From: Vulcanimicrobiota bacterium
GTDB taxonomy: Bacteria > Vulcanimicrobiota > CADAWZ01 > Ess09-12
DNA length: 64,000 bases
Assembly: GCA_031082125.1 (NCBI GenBank)
Contig: JAVHLM010000007.1
Coordinates: forward strand, 102,669-166,668
Reading direction: 5' to 3'
The position numbers were made by a program, and so were the translations under genes. Positions within the stretch are counted from its first letter, which is position 1. Each line of letters starts with the position of its first letter. Below, piece by piece: positions 52,409-63,155 of this stretch. Below the pieces are notes generated by a model. The model was not told the origin of the DNA, ran no database searches, and worked only from the letters and a program-made list of their open reading frames with translations.

Positions 52409-54629
52409 AGCAGGCGGAAAGAAGCTGCGCATCGTGCAGCACCTGGGGGGAAAGAGAAACGTCACCTACAAGGTGACTCTGCAGGATGGAGATACCCCTT
52501 ACATCCTGAGGGTGATAAAGAGGCCCGGCGAGGCTGAGCTGAAAAACCTCAGGGAGAGCGGCAAGGCCGAAGCTCTTGAAGCCTTTTTCGAAGAGAGCGA
52601 TGATCTCAGGGGCAGATACGGCCATTACTCCGATGAGGCCGCCCTGGAGATATACAGGGCGGCGCTCCAGGGGCAGGTAGCACTGGAAGCACAGGTCCTG
52701 AAGGAGTACAGGCACCCTGCTATGGCGGAGATCCTCCAGTCGAGCCATGACCGGGAGGCTTACTACCTCCTTCTCAATTATATAGAGGGCGAGAGCTTTG
52801 AAACCATCGTGGAGGCAAGCGGCGGGGAGAGCCCTCCCATCCCTGAGGAGAAAGCCCTTGAATGGATGAATGACATTGCCTCGGTGCTCCGCTTTTTCCA
52901 CTCCCAGACCGAGGAGAAGATTCTCTACAACAACCTTACCCCCCTCAATATCATCGTGGATACGAAAGGGAAGGCGCGCCTCGTCGATCTCCAGAACATA
53001 AGGATTTACGATGCCGGGCGGAACTGCACGGAGGACTGGCAGGATGTCCTCCTTATTGACACACCGTCGCCTTTCATCCCTGTAGAGGGCTACAAGAACC
53101 CCCAGTCAGAGATATATGCCTTCGGCGCCGTGTTTTATTACCTCCTCACGGGGATATTTCTCCAGGATGCCCATGAGAGGCTCTCCCATGACCAGGCGAG
53201 GCCTCTCAGGGAGGTCTCACCCGGCTATTCCGAGAAGCTGGAGCTGATCCTGACCCTCTGCCTCGAGCTCTCGCCGACGCACCGCTTCAATTCCTTTGAG
53301 AGCATCATCATGGCTCTGGAAATGGCCGATTTCGGAGCGCTGAAGGTCGAGTCGGAAGGGGGGCGCCTCAGGACCCTGTCCCTGGGGAGAATCGGCAGGC
53401 ACGACGAGAAGAATGCCGAGATCCTTATAAAAAAGCCTATTCCCAAGGATCCTCTCTCCATCGCGGTTCTTTCCTTCAAATATCAGTGGAGGCTGAAACC
53501 TGAAGCGGAAGAGCCCCGCGTGGTGCTCTCCGATTCCCGTCTCCATGAGGACCACCTCTCCGCCTCGATTGTCATCACGTCGTGCGATCTTCCGGTAGGG
53601 CGCTATGAAGGGGTGGCCACTTTAGAGACGAACTGGGGCAAGGCGGAGATCCCTCTTGCCCTCAGCTGCTCGCAGCGAAGCGCTTTCGCCCCCTTTATCG
53701 CCGGAGGATCGATTGCCGTGCTCTTTATCACAGGGCTTCTCCTGCTCAGGAAAGCTCCTTCCGACATTTACGACAAGACCTATCTCAAGTGGAGCAATGC
53801 CGGCTGGATGGCCCTGAAGATAAAGTCCCCTGACCTGGTGGCACCGAGAGTCGATATTGACAATACCACCCAGTGGGAGGAATACCAGAAGCCCGCCGGC
53901 CTCACCATCAGGCCGGGAGCCGCAAGGCTCCAGATTTCAGGAACGCCGAAAGAGAGCAGCCCCAAAAGGACAGGCTGGATCTCGAGCTTCTTCTTCCCGC
54001 CCATGACGGGCACCACCGCCAGCGTCACCCTGGAGGCAAAGGAGGGAGAAAAGGATTTCACGGCGGGGATGATGCTTTTATCGAGCGACAGGATGGCGGT
54101 CTGTATCGAGCACGAGATGCCGGACAGTTACAGGATTGGCCTCATGGAAGGAAAGAAATGGGAGTACAAGACCTTTGACGCCGCTGCAAAAATGCCCCGT
54201 TCAAGGCCGAGGCTTGAAATTCAGCTCAGTAATGCCGACGAGTATGCGAGATGCCTTGTGAACGGCAAGGAACTGGGGGAGTTCACCAACGTGCAGATAA
54301 GGGACCTGGCCCTTTTGCTTTATGTGATTCCCCGGGGGAGCGGATCTCCCGTAGAGGTCACCTTCGGCGATCTCCGCGTGAAATTCGGCGCCGCCGTCCA
54401 GAAGACCCCCCCCTTCACGTTGAGAACGCTGGGGAAGATAAGCCTGCGCTCAAAATATCTCCCGGGGTCGAAGCTGATAGTCAATACCTACCCCAACGAA
54501 GAGGTTGAGGTGCTGGAGGTAGAGAGAGAATGGAGCAAGGTGCGCCTTGTGCAGGCAAGTCATCTGGAGGGGTGGGCGAAGAGCAGCGAGCTCCAGTCAA
54601 TTCTGCCCAAGGAACTCAAGCTTGAGTGA
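52383..54629 (+). CDS. Pseudokinase + BACON-like domain + TM + extracellular beta-sandwich + SH3b-like domain
   Basis: Kinase fold with YNNLTPLN and DLQN; C-terminal EEVEVLEVEREWSKVR...EGW SH3b-like motif. Confidence 0.7.
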
Positions 54630-55350
54630 CAGAAGGGCGCTTTTTTCTCTCGATGATCCACACCAGCAGCAGGCTTATTTCATAGAGGGCCACCATAGGC
54701 AGGGCCACGATAGTCATGGTGAAAGCATCGGGTGTGGGCGTGGCAATGGCGGCTATCACGAAAATGGCGAATACGGCATATCTTCTCTTCTCCCTCAGGA
54801 ACCTGCTGTTCACTATCCCTATGAGCCCGAGAAAAAGTATTACGAGCGGCATCTGGAATATGAGGCCGCTCATGATGACAAGGGTGGTGACAAAGGAGAC
54901 AAAGCCGCCTATGGTAATCATGGGGGTGAGGCTTTCGGTCTGGAAGCTCAGGAAGAAGCCAAGGGTGGCAGGGATGAGCACAAGGCAGGCAAAGGCAAGG
55001 CCGGCGAAAAAGAGGAGCACCGCCATAGGCACAAGGAGGAGGACCCATTTTTTTTCATGGGGCTCAAGCCCCGGGACTATGAAGAGAAGAGTCTGGTGAA
55101 GGATGACGGGGAGAGCGGCAAAGAGCCCCAGGGTCAGGGCGACCTTGAAATAGGCCATGAATGCCTCGGCAGGGTTGATGAAGACCAGCTTGGTATGGAG
55201 CATCCCCGTGAGATATGAGAGGACCGGGGGAGTAAGAAAATAGGCTCCTATGGTGCAGAGTATCCATACGGCAATAGAATAGACGATCCGGAGCCTCAGC
55301 TCCTCAAGATGACCCACAAGGGTCATTTTTTTCTCATCGGTCATGGTCAT
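54616..55350 (-). CDS. tatC: Twin-arginine translocase subunit TatC
   Basis: HLEELRLR, PAEAF..Y.K, FQMP, RRYA, TPTPD. Confidence 0.95.
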   Translation of the reverse strand: MTMTDEKKMTLVGHLEELRLRIVYSIAVWILCTIGAYFLTPPVLSYLTGMLHTKLVFINPAEAFMAYFKVALTLGLFAALPVILHQTLLFIVPGLEPHEKKWVLLLVPMAVLLFFAGLAFACLVLIPATLGFFLSFQTESLTPMITIGGFVSFVTTLVIMSGLIFQMPLVILFLGLIGIVNSRFLREKRRYAVFAIFVIAAIATPTPDAFTMTIVALPMVALYEISLLLVWIIERKKRPSVTQA

Positions 55351-56456
55351 TCCATGGTCCAGAGGTAGAGCAGCTGCGGCGACTGGCCCCTGAGAGTCTC
55401 TTTAAGGTCAGGCACCAGCCTGAGGGAAGCCGGCTCGTTCATCCTGGAGAAAAGCAGCTCCTGGAGGGGGGAGAGCCTTGACTTGTATTTTACAAGCTTT
55501 GCATCCTTGAGCTTGGCAAGCTCTTTGGCCTTCTCAAAGGCGTCTTCCTTGTAACCGAGGCCGTCGATGAGCTTCTTCTCCAGGGCTCCCTTCCCCGAGT
55601 AGATGGTGCCGTCGGCCAGCTTCTCCACGTCTTTTCTTGTAAGCTTGCCCTTTCTTCCCTCGGCGACGACATCGACAAAGTTGTCCCACATCTCGTTGAT
55701 GATGTTCTGGAGGAGCTTCCTCTCGGCAGGTTTCATCTCCCTGAAGGGATTGCCGATATCCTTGACGCTCTCCTTGCCTTCAAAGGTCTCGCTCTTGATG
55801 ACATTCATATCGATCCCGATTTTCTGGCAGAGGCCTTTCACGTTTATGAACTCCGCTATCACGCCGATATTTCCCACGAGTGAGGTCTCGTGGGCCATGA
55901 TATAATCGGCCATCGAGGCTACGTAATAGCCGCCTGAAGCGGTAACATCCTTGCAGTAGGCAATTACGGGGATTTTTTCCTTCTCCCTGTAGTTCTTTAT
56001 CTCGCTCCAGAGCACGTCGCTGGCGGTGATGCCGCCGCCGGGGCTGTCCACCGTGACAAGAAGGGCCTTGATTTCCTTGTCCTTCTTTGCTGCCTTAAGC
56101 TCGCTCCTGACGCGGACCACGATATTGTCCCTTGACCGGAAGCTCTCCTCATCTTCAAAAATCACTCCGTTGATGGCAATTTCCAGGACCTTGTTCTTGC
56201 TCTGGTCGTCGCCCATCACGAATGACTCGTTATAGCCAGGCTTATCCTCGTCGGTAGTGATACCTCCCGCCATTCCTGCGCAGACTCCCAGAAGCACCAT
56301 AAGCACGAGGTTCGCGATGACGCTCAGGATAAGCACCACGGAGAGCAGGGCAAGGATCCAGAATGAGACTCCGCGTTTCTGGGGAGGAGGTGCGGCAGGC
56401 CTGGGGGAAGGCGTGTCGGGCATCGATATGTTCTCTTCCTTTGCAAAATCGTCCAT
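55347..56456 (-). CDS. sppA: Signal peptide peptidase SppA (S49)
   Basis: VDSPGG, ASGGYYVA, GNIGV, DGTIYSG; N-terminal TM. Confidence 0.92.
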   Translation of the reverse strand: MDDFAKEENISMPDTPSPRPAAPPPQKRGVSFWILALLSVVLILSVIANLVLMVLLGVCAGMAGGITTDEDKPGYNESFVMGDDQSKNKVLEIAINGVIFEDEESFRSRDNIVVRVRSELKAAKKDKEIKALLVTVDSPGGGITASDVLWSEIKNYREKEKIPVIAYCKDVTASGGYYVASMADYIMAHETSLVGNIGVIAEFINVKGLCQKIGIDMNVIKSETFEGKESVKDIGNPFREMKPAERKLLQNIINEMWDNFVDVVAEGRKGKLTRKDVEKLADGTIYSGKGALEKKLIDGLGYKEDAFEKAKELAKLKDAKLVKYKSRLSPLQELLFSRMNEPASLRLVPDLKETLRGQSPQLLYLWTME

Positions 56457-56588
56457 GGAGCTGCCTCTTTCCTGTTGTTATAGATGATGGTGAGTGTACT
56501 GAATTCTTTAAGGCAATGCAATTTCCTCCCTGCGGGGAGGCCCTGAAAAGAAGGAGATATGGGAGAATGGGCAAACTTATAGAATATC

Positions 56589-57638
56589 ATGGTACCTCGC
56601 TGCGCGGCGACTTGCATTGGAAGCTTTCCCCACACCTCGGCAGAGGCCCTCTGCCGTTTTATTACTGACACGCTTCCCGAGGTCCCCCTCTGGCCACAGC
56701 TGCCCCGCCGCAGCTTTTATGAAGGCATGTACGTGCAGTTTACCGAGCATCTCCCCCTGGCGGACCTTGACGGTGATGAGAAGAAGATATTTTTCAGAAG
56801 CCCCGAGGGGAGGGAAGAGGAGATAGAGGAATTTTACGAGCGCTCCCTCGATGAGGACCTCTCCTATTTTTCCATATCGCCGTCCTATGCCGAGGGGCTC
56901 AGCCGCTTCGCAGAGCTTTCGGAGAAGATAAGGGCCATGAAGCCTCTTGCCATCAAGGGACAGGTTACCGGCCCCGTGAGCTTCGGCCTGACCGTCACCG
57001 ACAAGGAGCGAAAGCCCATTTATTACAATGCCCAGATGAGGGAGATCATAGTCATAGGCCTGAAGATGAAGGCCCTCTGGGAGCTTCAGTATCTGTCATC
57101 CATTTATGAAAAGATCATCCTCTTCATAGACGAGCCTTATCTCACCAGCATAGGCTCGGGCGTCATATCCCTGAAGCCCGGCGATGTGGTGAGTGATCTG
57201 CAGGAGTTCACCGGGGCGCTCCGGGAGCATTATCCCTCGGTACGCATCGGTATGCACTGCTGTGGGAATACTGACTGGTCACTCATCATGAAGACCGGGG
57301 TGGACATCCTGAGCTTTGATGCTTATACCTACGGGGAAAATCTGCTCGTTTACGAAGGAGAGCTGAAAGAGTTTCTGGGAGGCGGGGGAATGCTTGCCTG
57401 GGGCATCGTTCCCACGGCGGGGGAAGAGGTGGACACACCTGTCCCTGCCCTTATGGAGCGTATGGAGGCCCTTCTCGCTCTCTGCGGGAAGAAAGGTTTT
57501 GATATTGAAAAGCTTCTGGAGCACTCCTTCGTCACCCCGAGCTGCGGGATGACCACCCTTGACGAGAGGCTTGCCGACAGGCTCATAGAGAACACGGCAT
57601 CCCTCTCCGCAAAGCTGAGAAAAAAATACTTCAGCTGA
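56589..57638 (+). CDS. Cobalamin-independent methionine synthase catalytic-domain-like protein (MetE/UROD fold)
   Basis: IGSFPH, WPQLP, KGQVTGP, DEP, MHCCG, AWGIVP, TPSCG. Confidence 0.8.
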   Translation: MVPRCAATCIGSFPHTSAEALCRFITDTLPEVPLWPQLPRRSFYEGMYVQFTEHLPLADLDGDEKKIFFRSPEGREEEIEEFYERSLDEDLSYFSISPSYAEGLSRFAELSEKIRAMKPLAIKGQVTGPVSFGLTVTDKERKPIYYNAQMREIIVIGLKMKALWELQYLSSIYEKIILFIDEPYLTSIGSGVISLKPGDVVSDLQEFTGALREHYPSVRIGMHCCGNTDWSLIMKTGVDILSFDAYTYGENLLVYEGELKEFLGGGGMLAWGIVPTAGEEVDTPVPALMERMEALLALCGKKGFDIEKLLEHSFVTPSCGMTTLDERLADRLIENTASLSAKLRKKYFS

Positions 57639-57674
57639 GGGCTCCCATACCCAGAGCACTACCAAGGAGGATCT

Positions 57675-60600
57675 ATGCGCAAGACAGTCAATATGCAGAG
57701 CCTTGTAAAGATATCAAAGACCGTCATGTCACGCTGCGTCGTCAGGAAAACCTTTTACCTCCATGACGAAAACTCTGCCAAGATCAGCGAGTTTGTCCTT
57801 TTCCCGTCGGGCCTCAAGCTCATCAAGAGCGTCTTCGAGGGCTTTGCCGGGAATCCCAACAAGAGGGTTCACATCATGTGGGGCTCGAGCGGCACGGGGA
57901 AATCCCACTTGGCTCTGATGCTCGCCAATATCCTGGGAAGGGACATCAACGATCCGGAGTGCAAGTTTATCCTCGGGAAGATAAGGGAGCAGGATCATTC
58001 CGCCTTCAGCACCATCAGAAATGCGCGGAATGCCGTAAAAAAGATACTGGTGACCTTTCCCGAGACCCTCTCGGGCGGCGAAAGCAGGCTCCGCTCGCCC
58101 CTCATCATGTCCCTCAACGGCGCCCTCTACCAGGAAGGCCTCGAGTACCTTCCCAAGGCGGAAGGGTCCCTGGTGCAGATAATCTCGGACACCATGGAGT
58201 TTCTGAGGGAAAATACCGACGTGAGAGGCCTTGCCATCGTCTTTGACGATTTTGACCGGTTCCTCGCCCTCCAGGATGAAGCACCGGACAGCCACGAGCT
58301 AAGCGCCTTTGAGGAGTTCGTCGATTTCTGCAGGCGAAGCGAGTTCCCCCTTGTCTTTCTGGGCATCTCCACAAGGGCACCCAACACGTACTTCAAGGAT
58401 GATATCTCCAAGATAGCGCGCCTCATTGATGACGTCCATTATTTCAACCTTTTTTCCCGGAGCGCCAAGCTCGAGGACTTCATAGGCACCCGCGTGCTTG
58501 AGCACCCTGCCAGCATTGACAGGGATGAGCTTTACCAGCATGAAGACTATGCCCTCCTCGAGAAGATGATAATCGAGATGGATCTCTACCCGGGTATCTC
58601 CCTCAAGGAGCTCAAGGAGAAGCTTCTCTTCAGGACCTACCCCCTTCATCCCCTCTCCCTCTTCTGCCTCCCCAGGATGGGCGAGAGGCTCTCTTCGCCT
58701 GACAGGAATATCTCCACTTTCTTTAACGATACCATGCCGGGGGGATTGAGATACTTCATCGAGAACATAGCGACGGTGCAGCCTAACGGGCGCCTTTCGC
58801 TCTATACCATTGATTACCTTTACTCATACTTCGAGAAGAACATCAAGGAGAACCCACTCTATACGGTGTACCTCGAGACAATGGAAAAGTCATACCCCCG
58901 CGTCGGCGAAGTGCCGAACTCCCGGAGGATAATGAGGCTCATCACCACCATGCAGATGATCAACAGCTACAAGCTGCCGGCAACAGAGAAAAACATCCTG
59001 AACGCCCTCCATCTCGGTGACCGCGATATCAAGCAGATCCAGGAGAGCCTCAAGAAGATGGTGGACAGGGAGACCCTCGTCTATGATGACAAAACGGGCA
59101 CTTACGATATCCCCGTGGAGAAGAAGGTGACCCTTTTTGACAAGCTCCTCAAGGAGACAAATGAGAAGATCAAGGAGACCGTCAAGCCTTTCGCTTACCT
59201 CAACAAGCATTACCACCCGCGGAGGCTCCTGGCGAAGCAGTACAACCAGCGCTTTTTTGCCGACAGGAGCGCTTACGGCAGGTATGTGACCGCCGAGGAG
59301 CTCCAGGACCCGGCGCCTTTTCTCCGGGAGGTGGAAGCCATCTACCGGCCGGAGAACAGGCATTACCGCGGCGATGTGCTTATCCTGTACTGTCCTCTCC
59401 TCGCGCAGGGCGACCTTCCCCTTTTCCAGAAGGCTCTGAAAGGCGAGCTCTCCAGGAACCCCCATATTATCATGGCTCTCTCCAAGAAAATGGTGAACTT
59501 CATCGATGAGGTCAACGTGCTCCAGAGCCTCAATATACTTTTCATGCAGGAGCAGTTCCTCAACGAGCCCGCTTCCCTTGGCGAGAAGGAGGGGAAAGAG
59601 AAAATAAAGTCCACGCAGAACTCCCTCAAGAAAAAGCTCAGGGAGTTCCTGAAGCCTGACAGCCTCAAGTTTTACTGGCAGGGTCAGGGGCTTGAGGAGT
59701 TTGACGTCACCGGCGACCTCAACACTCTCTCCGATATGATGAGGGATCTCTTCACCAAAGCTCCTATCCTGAAATACCGGACCCTCCTTACGCGCTCCCC
59801 CAAGGCGGGCCTTCAGAGGGTGATCAAGGAGGCGGTGGATATCCTTCTTTATAACAGGCAGCCTATCCCTGTACCGGAAGATCCCGAGAATGAATCGGAG
59901 AAGATACTGAGGGCCGCCCTCATCGACAAGGACCTCCTGAGGCAGGTCGGTGACAATCCATCGGAGCCGCGCTTCGAGATTGACGACCAGATATCAGGCG
60001 ATTCACCTTTCTACGAGATGTGGATGCTCCTTGACGAGCATTTCAAGCCCCGGGGCAATGAGAAGAGGGAAGTCCCTCTCAAGGATGTCGTGATTGCCCT
60101 CATGAAGCCCCCCTTCGGCCTCAGTCCCATGGTGCTCGAACTCCTGCTGGCGGCATATTTCAGGAAATTCCCTTACCGGTTTGACTGCTTCTCCGGCGGG
60201 CACATGTACCTCATCTCCAGGAGCCACGAGGACCTCACGCTGCAGAACATCTCTTTCGAGACAGTCCAGGGAATGGTCACCGACCCCGAGGAATGGCATG
60301 TCGAGACATATATCTCAGGAAGCGAGGAGAAGGAGTACCTTGAGAAGCTCATTGAGCTCTTCGGCGCACCGGCAGGGAGCGGCGAAGAGGGCGTCCTGTG
60401 GGAAAGGGCCAGGGACGCCATGATGGCCTGGTACGGACAGATTCCTGCGATGACAAGGTCCAGGGATTCCTTTTCAAACACCACTGCGCTTGCGCTGCTG
60501 GAGCTTTTCAGGGACAGCGGCAGCGTGGTCAACATAAAGGAGCTTCTCACGGGGGGCATGCTCGCGGCAATGGGATATGACGCGGCGAAGTTCTCCTGGG

Positions 60601-61130
60601 CGGACGATCTCAAAGCCCTTCTTGGCAGGATAAAACAGGCAAAGGATGAGGTTTCAGTCGATGCCGAATCCATCAAGGCGGCCCTGGTCAGGGATTGTGC
60701 CGCTCTTTTTGGGGCTTCTGCAGATTCCCATTCCCTGGGCAAGGAACTGGGCGCCTGGTACGGCAAGGTCTCAGCAGAGGTGAAGAACGAGGAGGATCTC
60801 GGCGATGAAGCCTCGTCATTCCTGCAGGCCCTCTCGATGGAAAAGCCGGTAGAAGAGCTTCTCTTCTTTGATGCTCCCGAAATGATGGGGATAAAATCCA
60901 TGGCGGAGTGGATGAGCGACCGGTCGCCCGAGGTGGCGGCCTGGATGAAAAAGATGAAGCTCTCCATCGAGAAGGGCGGAGCGAAGCAGGAGCAGGTCGC
61001 CATCGACTTTGACGAGCCCCGCTCACCTGCTGAGGTCCTTGAGGAAATCTCCCGGAGCCTCGGCCTTTCAAAAGAGGACAAGGGCGCCGTTATTGAAGGC
61101 GTCCTGGAGCATATCGCCTGGGGAAAGTGA
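57675..61130 (+). CDS. Large P-loop ATPase, BrxC/PglY- or DUF4007-associated-like
   Basis: GSSGTGKSH Walker A, IVFDDF Walker-B-like, YPLHP motif, C-terminal PPFGL..V.ELLL motif; 1151 aa. Confidence 0.65.
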   Translation: MRKTVNMQSLVKISKTVMSRCVVRKTFYLHDENSAKISEFVLFPSGLKLIKSVFEGFAGNPNKRVHIMWGSSGTGKSHLALMLANILGRDINDPECKFILGKIREQDHSAFSTIRNARNAVKKILVTFPETLSGGESRLRSPLIMSLNGALYQEGLEYLPKAEGSLVQIISDTMEFLRENTDVRGLAIVFDDFDRFLALQDEAPDSHELSAFEEFVDFCRRSEFPLVFLGISTRAPNTYFKDDISKIARLIDDVHYFNLFSRSAKLEDFIGTRVLEHPASIDRDELYQHEDYALLEKMIIEMDLYPGISLKELKEKLLFRTYPLHPLSLFCLPRMGERLSSPDRNISTFFNDTMPGGLRYFIENIATVQPNGRLSLYTIDYLYSYFEKNIKENPLYTVYLETMEKSYPRVGEVPNSRRIMRLITTMQMINSYKLPATEKNILNALHLGDRDIKQIQESLKKMVDRETLVYDDKTGTYDIPVEKKVTLFDKLLKETNEKIKETVKPFAYLNKHYHPRRLLAKQYNQRFFADRSAYGRYVTAEELQDPAPFLREVEAIYRPENRHYRGDVLILYCPLLAQGDLPLFQKALKGELSRNPHIIMALSKKMVNFIDEVNVLQSLNILFMQEQFLNEPASLGEKEGKEKIKSTQNSLKKKLREFLKPDSLKFYWQGQGLEEFDVTGDLNTLSDMMRDLFTKAPILKYRTLLTRSPKAGLQRVIKEAVDILLYNRQPIPVPEDPENESEKILRAALIDKDLLRQVGDNPSEPRFEIDDQISGDSPFYEMWMLLDEHFKPRGNEKREVPLKDVVIALMKPPFGLSPMVLELLLAAYFRKFPYRFDCFSGGHMYLISRSHEDLTLQNISFETVQGMVTDPEEWHVETYISGSEEKEYLEKLIELFGAPAGSGEEGVLWERARDAMMAWYGQIPAMTRSRDSFSNTTALALLELFRDSGSVVNIKELLTGGMLAAMGYDAAKFSWADDLKALLGRIKQAKDEVSVDAESIKAALVRDCAALFGASADSHSLGKELGAWYGKVSAEVKNEEDLGDEASSFLQALSMEKPVEELLFFDAPEMMGIKSMAEWMSDRSPEVAAWMKKMKLSIEKGGAKQEQVAIDFDEPRSPAEVLEEISRSLGLSKEDKGAVIEGVLEHIAWGK

Positions 61131-61131
61131 C

Positions 61132-62147
61132 ATGAAAGAGGATAAGAAAAGCCATCGCACGGTGGCTCTGTGGTTTCTCCGCCTTCTCTGCGGGCTCCTC
61201 ATCATCGGTGCCCTCTATCTCTCTGTTGATGTGAAGTCGCTTGTCCAGGTTTTTTCCCACGTGAAGGCCCTGCCCCTTGTCATTTCCGCGGTTTTTTTTT
61301 CTCTGCTATTCTGGTGGGCATGGGCGCCTGGAAGATCCTGCTGGGTCCCCATGGGTTAGTCCTCACGTGGGGGCAGATCCTGAGGTTTTACCTGCTGGGC
61401 TTTTTCCTGAACAATGTTATCCCCGGCGGCGTGGGCGGCGAGGTCTTCAAGGCATACTTCGTGGCAAAAGCCACCGGCAAAGTCACCCCTTCCATCGCCT
61501 CAATAGTGCTGGTGCGGTATCTCTCCTTTCTCTCCCTCATTGTCATAAGCTTCTGTGCCACCCTTCTTGAATGGGGGACCTTTGAAAAGTCAGGGATCCT
61601 GATCCCGATACTGGGCATAATCGCCTTTCTTGTCCTGGCGTTTCTCGCCTCCCTCGCATTGTTCTTCTGGGGAGCCCGTTATGCGGGGCGGTTTCTGCTC
61701 AAGTTCACCATGGGCGTGCCCCTGCTGAAGCTTATGGATGATTTCATGCTTTACGGCAGATATGGCTCCGCGCTCCTGCGTGCTTTTTCTCTCACTATGA
61801 TAACGCCGGTGATGGAGGGGGTTGCCTATTTTTTCATTGCCAGGGCTTTTGCCGTCGAGGTGCCCTTTATCCCCTTTCTTGTCCTTATCCCCATCCTGAC
61901 TGTCATTTACCACATCCCGGTGACGGTAAATGCCGTGGGAACCCAGGACGCCGCAATAGTCCTTTTCTGGAAGAGCTTCGGTGTTGATACGGCCCATTCG
62001 CTCTCCATCTCGCTCGTTGCCCATGCCCTCAAGATAATCGTGGCGACACTGGGCGCCCTGTCATTCCTCTTCTCTTGGCACAATGAGGGGAGACCCGTGC
62101 CGAAAGAAGGCGATCTTGCAGAGATGGCCGGATCAGAGGGAGGATAA
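61132..62147 (+). pseudogene. Lysylphosphatidylglycerol-synthase TM (flippase-like) protein, frameshifted at a T9 tract
   Basis: N-terminal part in the 61132 frame; remainder (FLNNVIPGGVGGEVFK, IPVTVNAVGTQD) in the 61314 frame; shift at T9 61292-61300. Confidence 0.75.
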
Positions 62148-62151
62148 AGCC

Positions 62152-63084
62152 TTGCATGCGAAGAGAGCCGCATTTTTGGCAGTGTTCATTTTCGCCGTGG
62201 TGGTGTGCCCCCTTGGGGCTTCAGATATTCATCGCTGGGACAGGACTAGAAAAATCAGGCTTATTTATGGCCTTGCCGTTACCAACAAGGGGGATCGGCC
62301 CCTGGGAAATATCACCGTAAGAGTGCCGGAGATTCAGGATCGCCCGCCTTACCAGTCTGCTGACGTCATCGCAGTGAGGCCGGGGGATTTTACCAGGGAG
62401 AGGAGCCCCCGTGACGTTCCCCTCGCGAGGTTTGAGATTGAAAAGCTTGCGCCGGGGGAAAAGAGGACATTTCTTGTCCAGGCTGAGGTAGCTGTCTCGG
62501 AGGTCACCTACCGCCTGCAGGAGGAAAAAGCCCATGATCCCGGTGCCTCAATGAGGCAGTTCCTGTCGCTTGACGGGGACTTCACGACGAAATCACCGGC
62601 GCTCCGTGAAAAGTGCCGGGAATTCGCCCGGGAGAAAAATCCCTTAAAAAGGGCGAAGAATATTTATCTCTATATCATATCGGGGGCCTTTACCTTTTCC
62701 AATTCACCCGCGGGCAGCGGTGTAGACCTCTCCTTCCGGACGAAGCATCTCAACTGCAGTGATGCCGCGTCACTCTACCTTGTCATGTGCAGGCTCTGCG
62801 GAATCCCTGCCCGTTATGTAGGCGGCATATTCTATACCAGTGAGCGGAAGTGGTACCCCCTTCTCCACGCGTGGAACGAGATTTACATCCCTCCCTTCGG
62901 ATGGCTTCCCGTGGACCCCACGCTGGGAAGGATATCGGCAAAGAACCGTTCGCTCTGCTTCGCCCACATCCGTAACAGGTATATTGCCCTCTGGAGTGAC
63001 CAGCCCGGCGCGTTCTCCATTGAGAGTCCATCAGACGCGGACCATCTTGAATTTCACCACTCGGTCCACGCCGAATCACTCTGA
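62152..63084 (+). CDS. Exported transglutaminase-like domain protein
   Basis: Triad motifs LNCSD, HAWNEIY, WLPVDPT; TTG 62152 after GGAGG; signal-like N-terminus. Confidence 0.85.
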   Translation: MHAKRAAFLAVFIFAVVVCPLGASDIHRWDRTRKIRLIYGLAVTNKGDRPLGNITVRVPEIQDRPPYQSADVIAVRPGDFTRERSPRDVPLARFEIEKLAPGEKRTFLVQAEVAVSEVTYRLQEEKAHDPGASMRQFLSLDGDFTTKSPALREKCREFAREKNPLKRAKNIYLYIISGAFTFSNSPAGSGVDLSFRTKHLNCSDAASLYLVMCRLCGIPARYVGGIFYTSERKWYPLLHAWNEIYIPPFGWLPVDPTLGRISAKNRSLCFAHIRNRYIALWSDQPGAFSIESPSDADHLEFHHSVHAESL

Positions 63085-63133
63085 GACGGCAGTGCTGTTT
63101 CTCAATGGGTTGATTTTTTAATTTCCCCTGTGC

Positions 63134-63149
63134 TATAATTTTCTTGGAG
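63134..63149 (+). promoter_or_regulatory. Extended -10 promoter element and RBS for the Trp-repeat gene
   Basis: TGCTATAAT with TATAAT at 63134-63139; GGAG at 63146-63149, ATG at 63156. Confidence 0.55.
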
Positions 63150-63155
63150 TCATCT

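Noticed and set aside
56559-56591. ATG...TAG in frame with the MetE-like gene (MGEWANL*NIM), suggesting amber readthrough
   Set aside because: AAGGAG is only 2 nt from that ATG, and the recognisable domain starts right after ATG 56589. There is no support for pyrrolysine.
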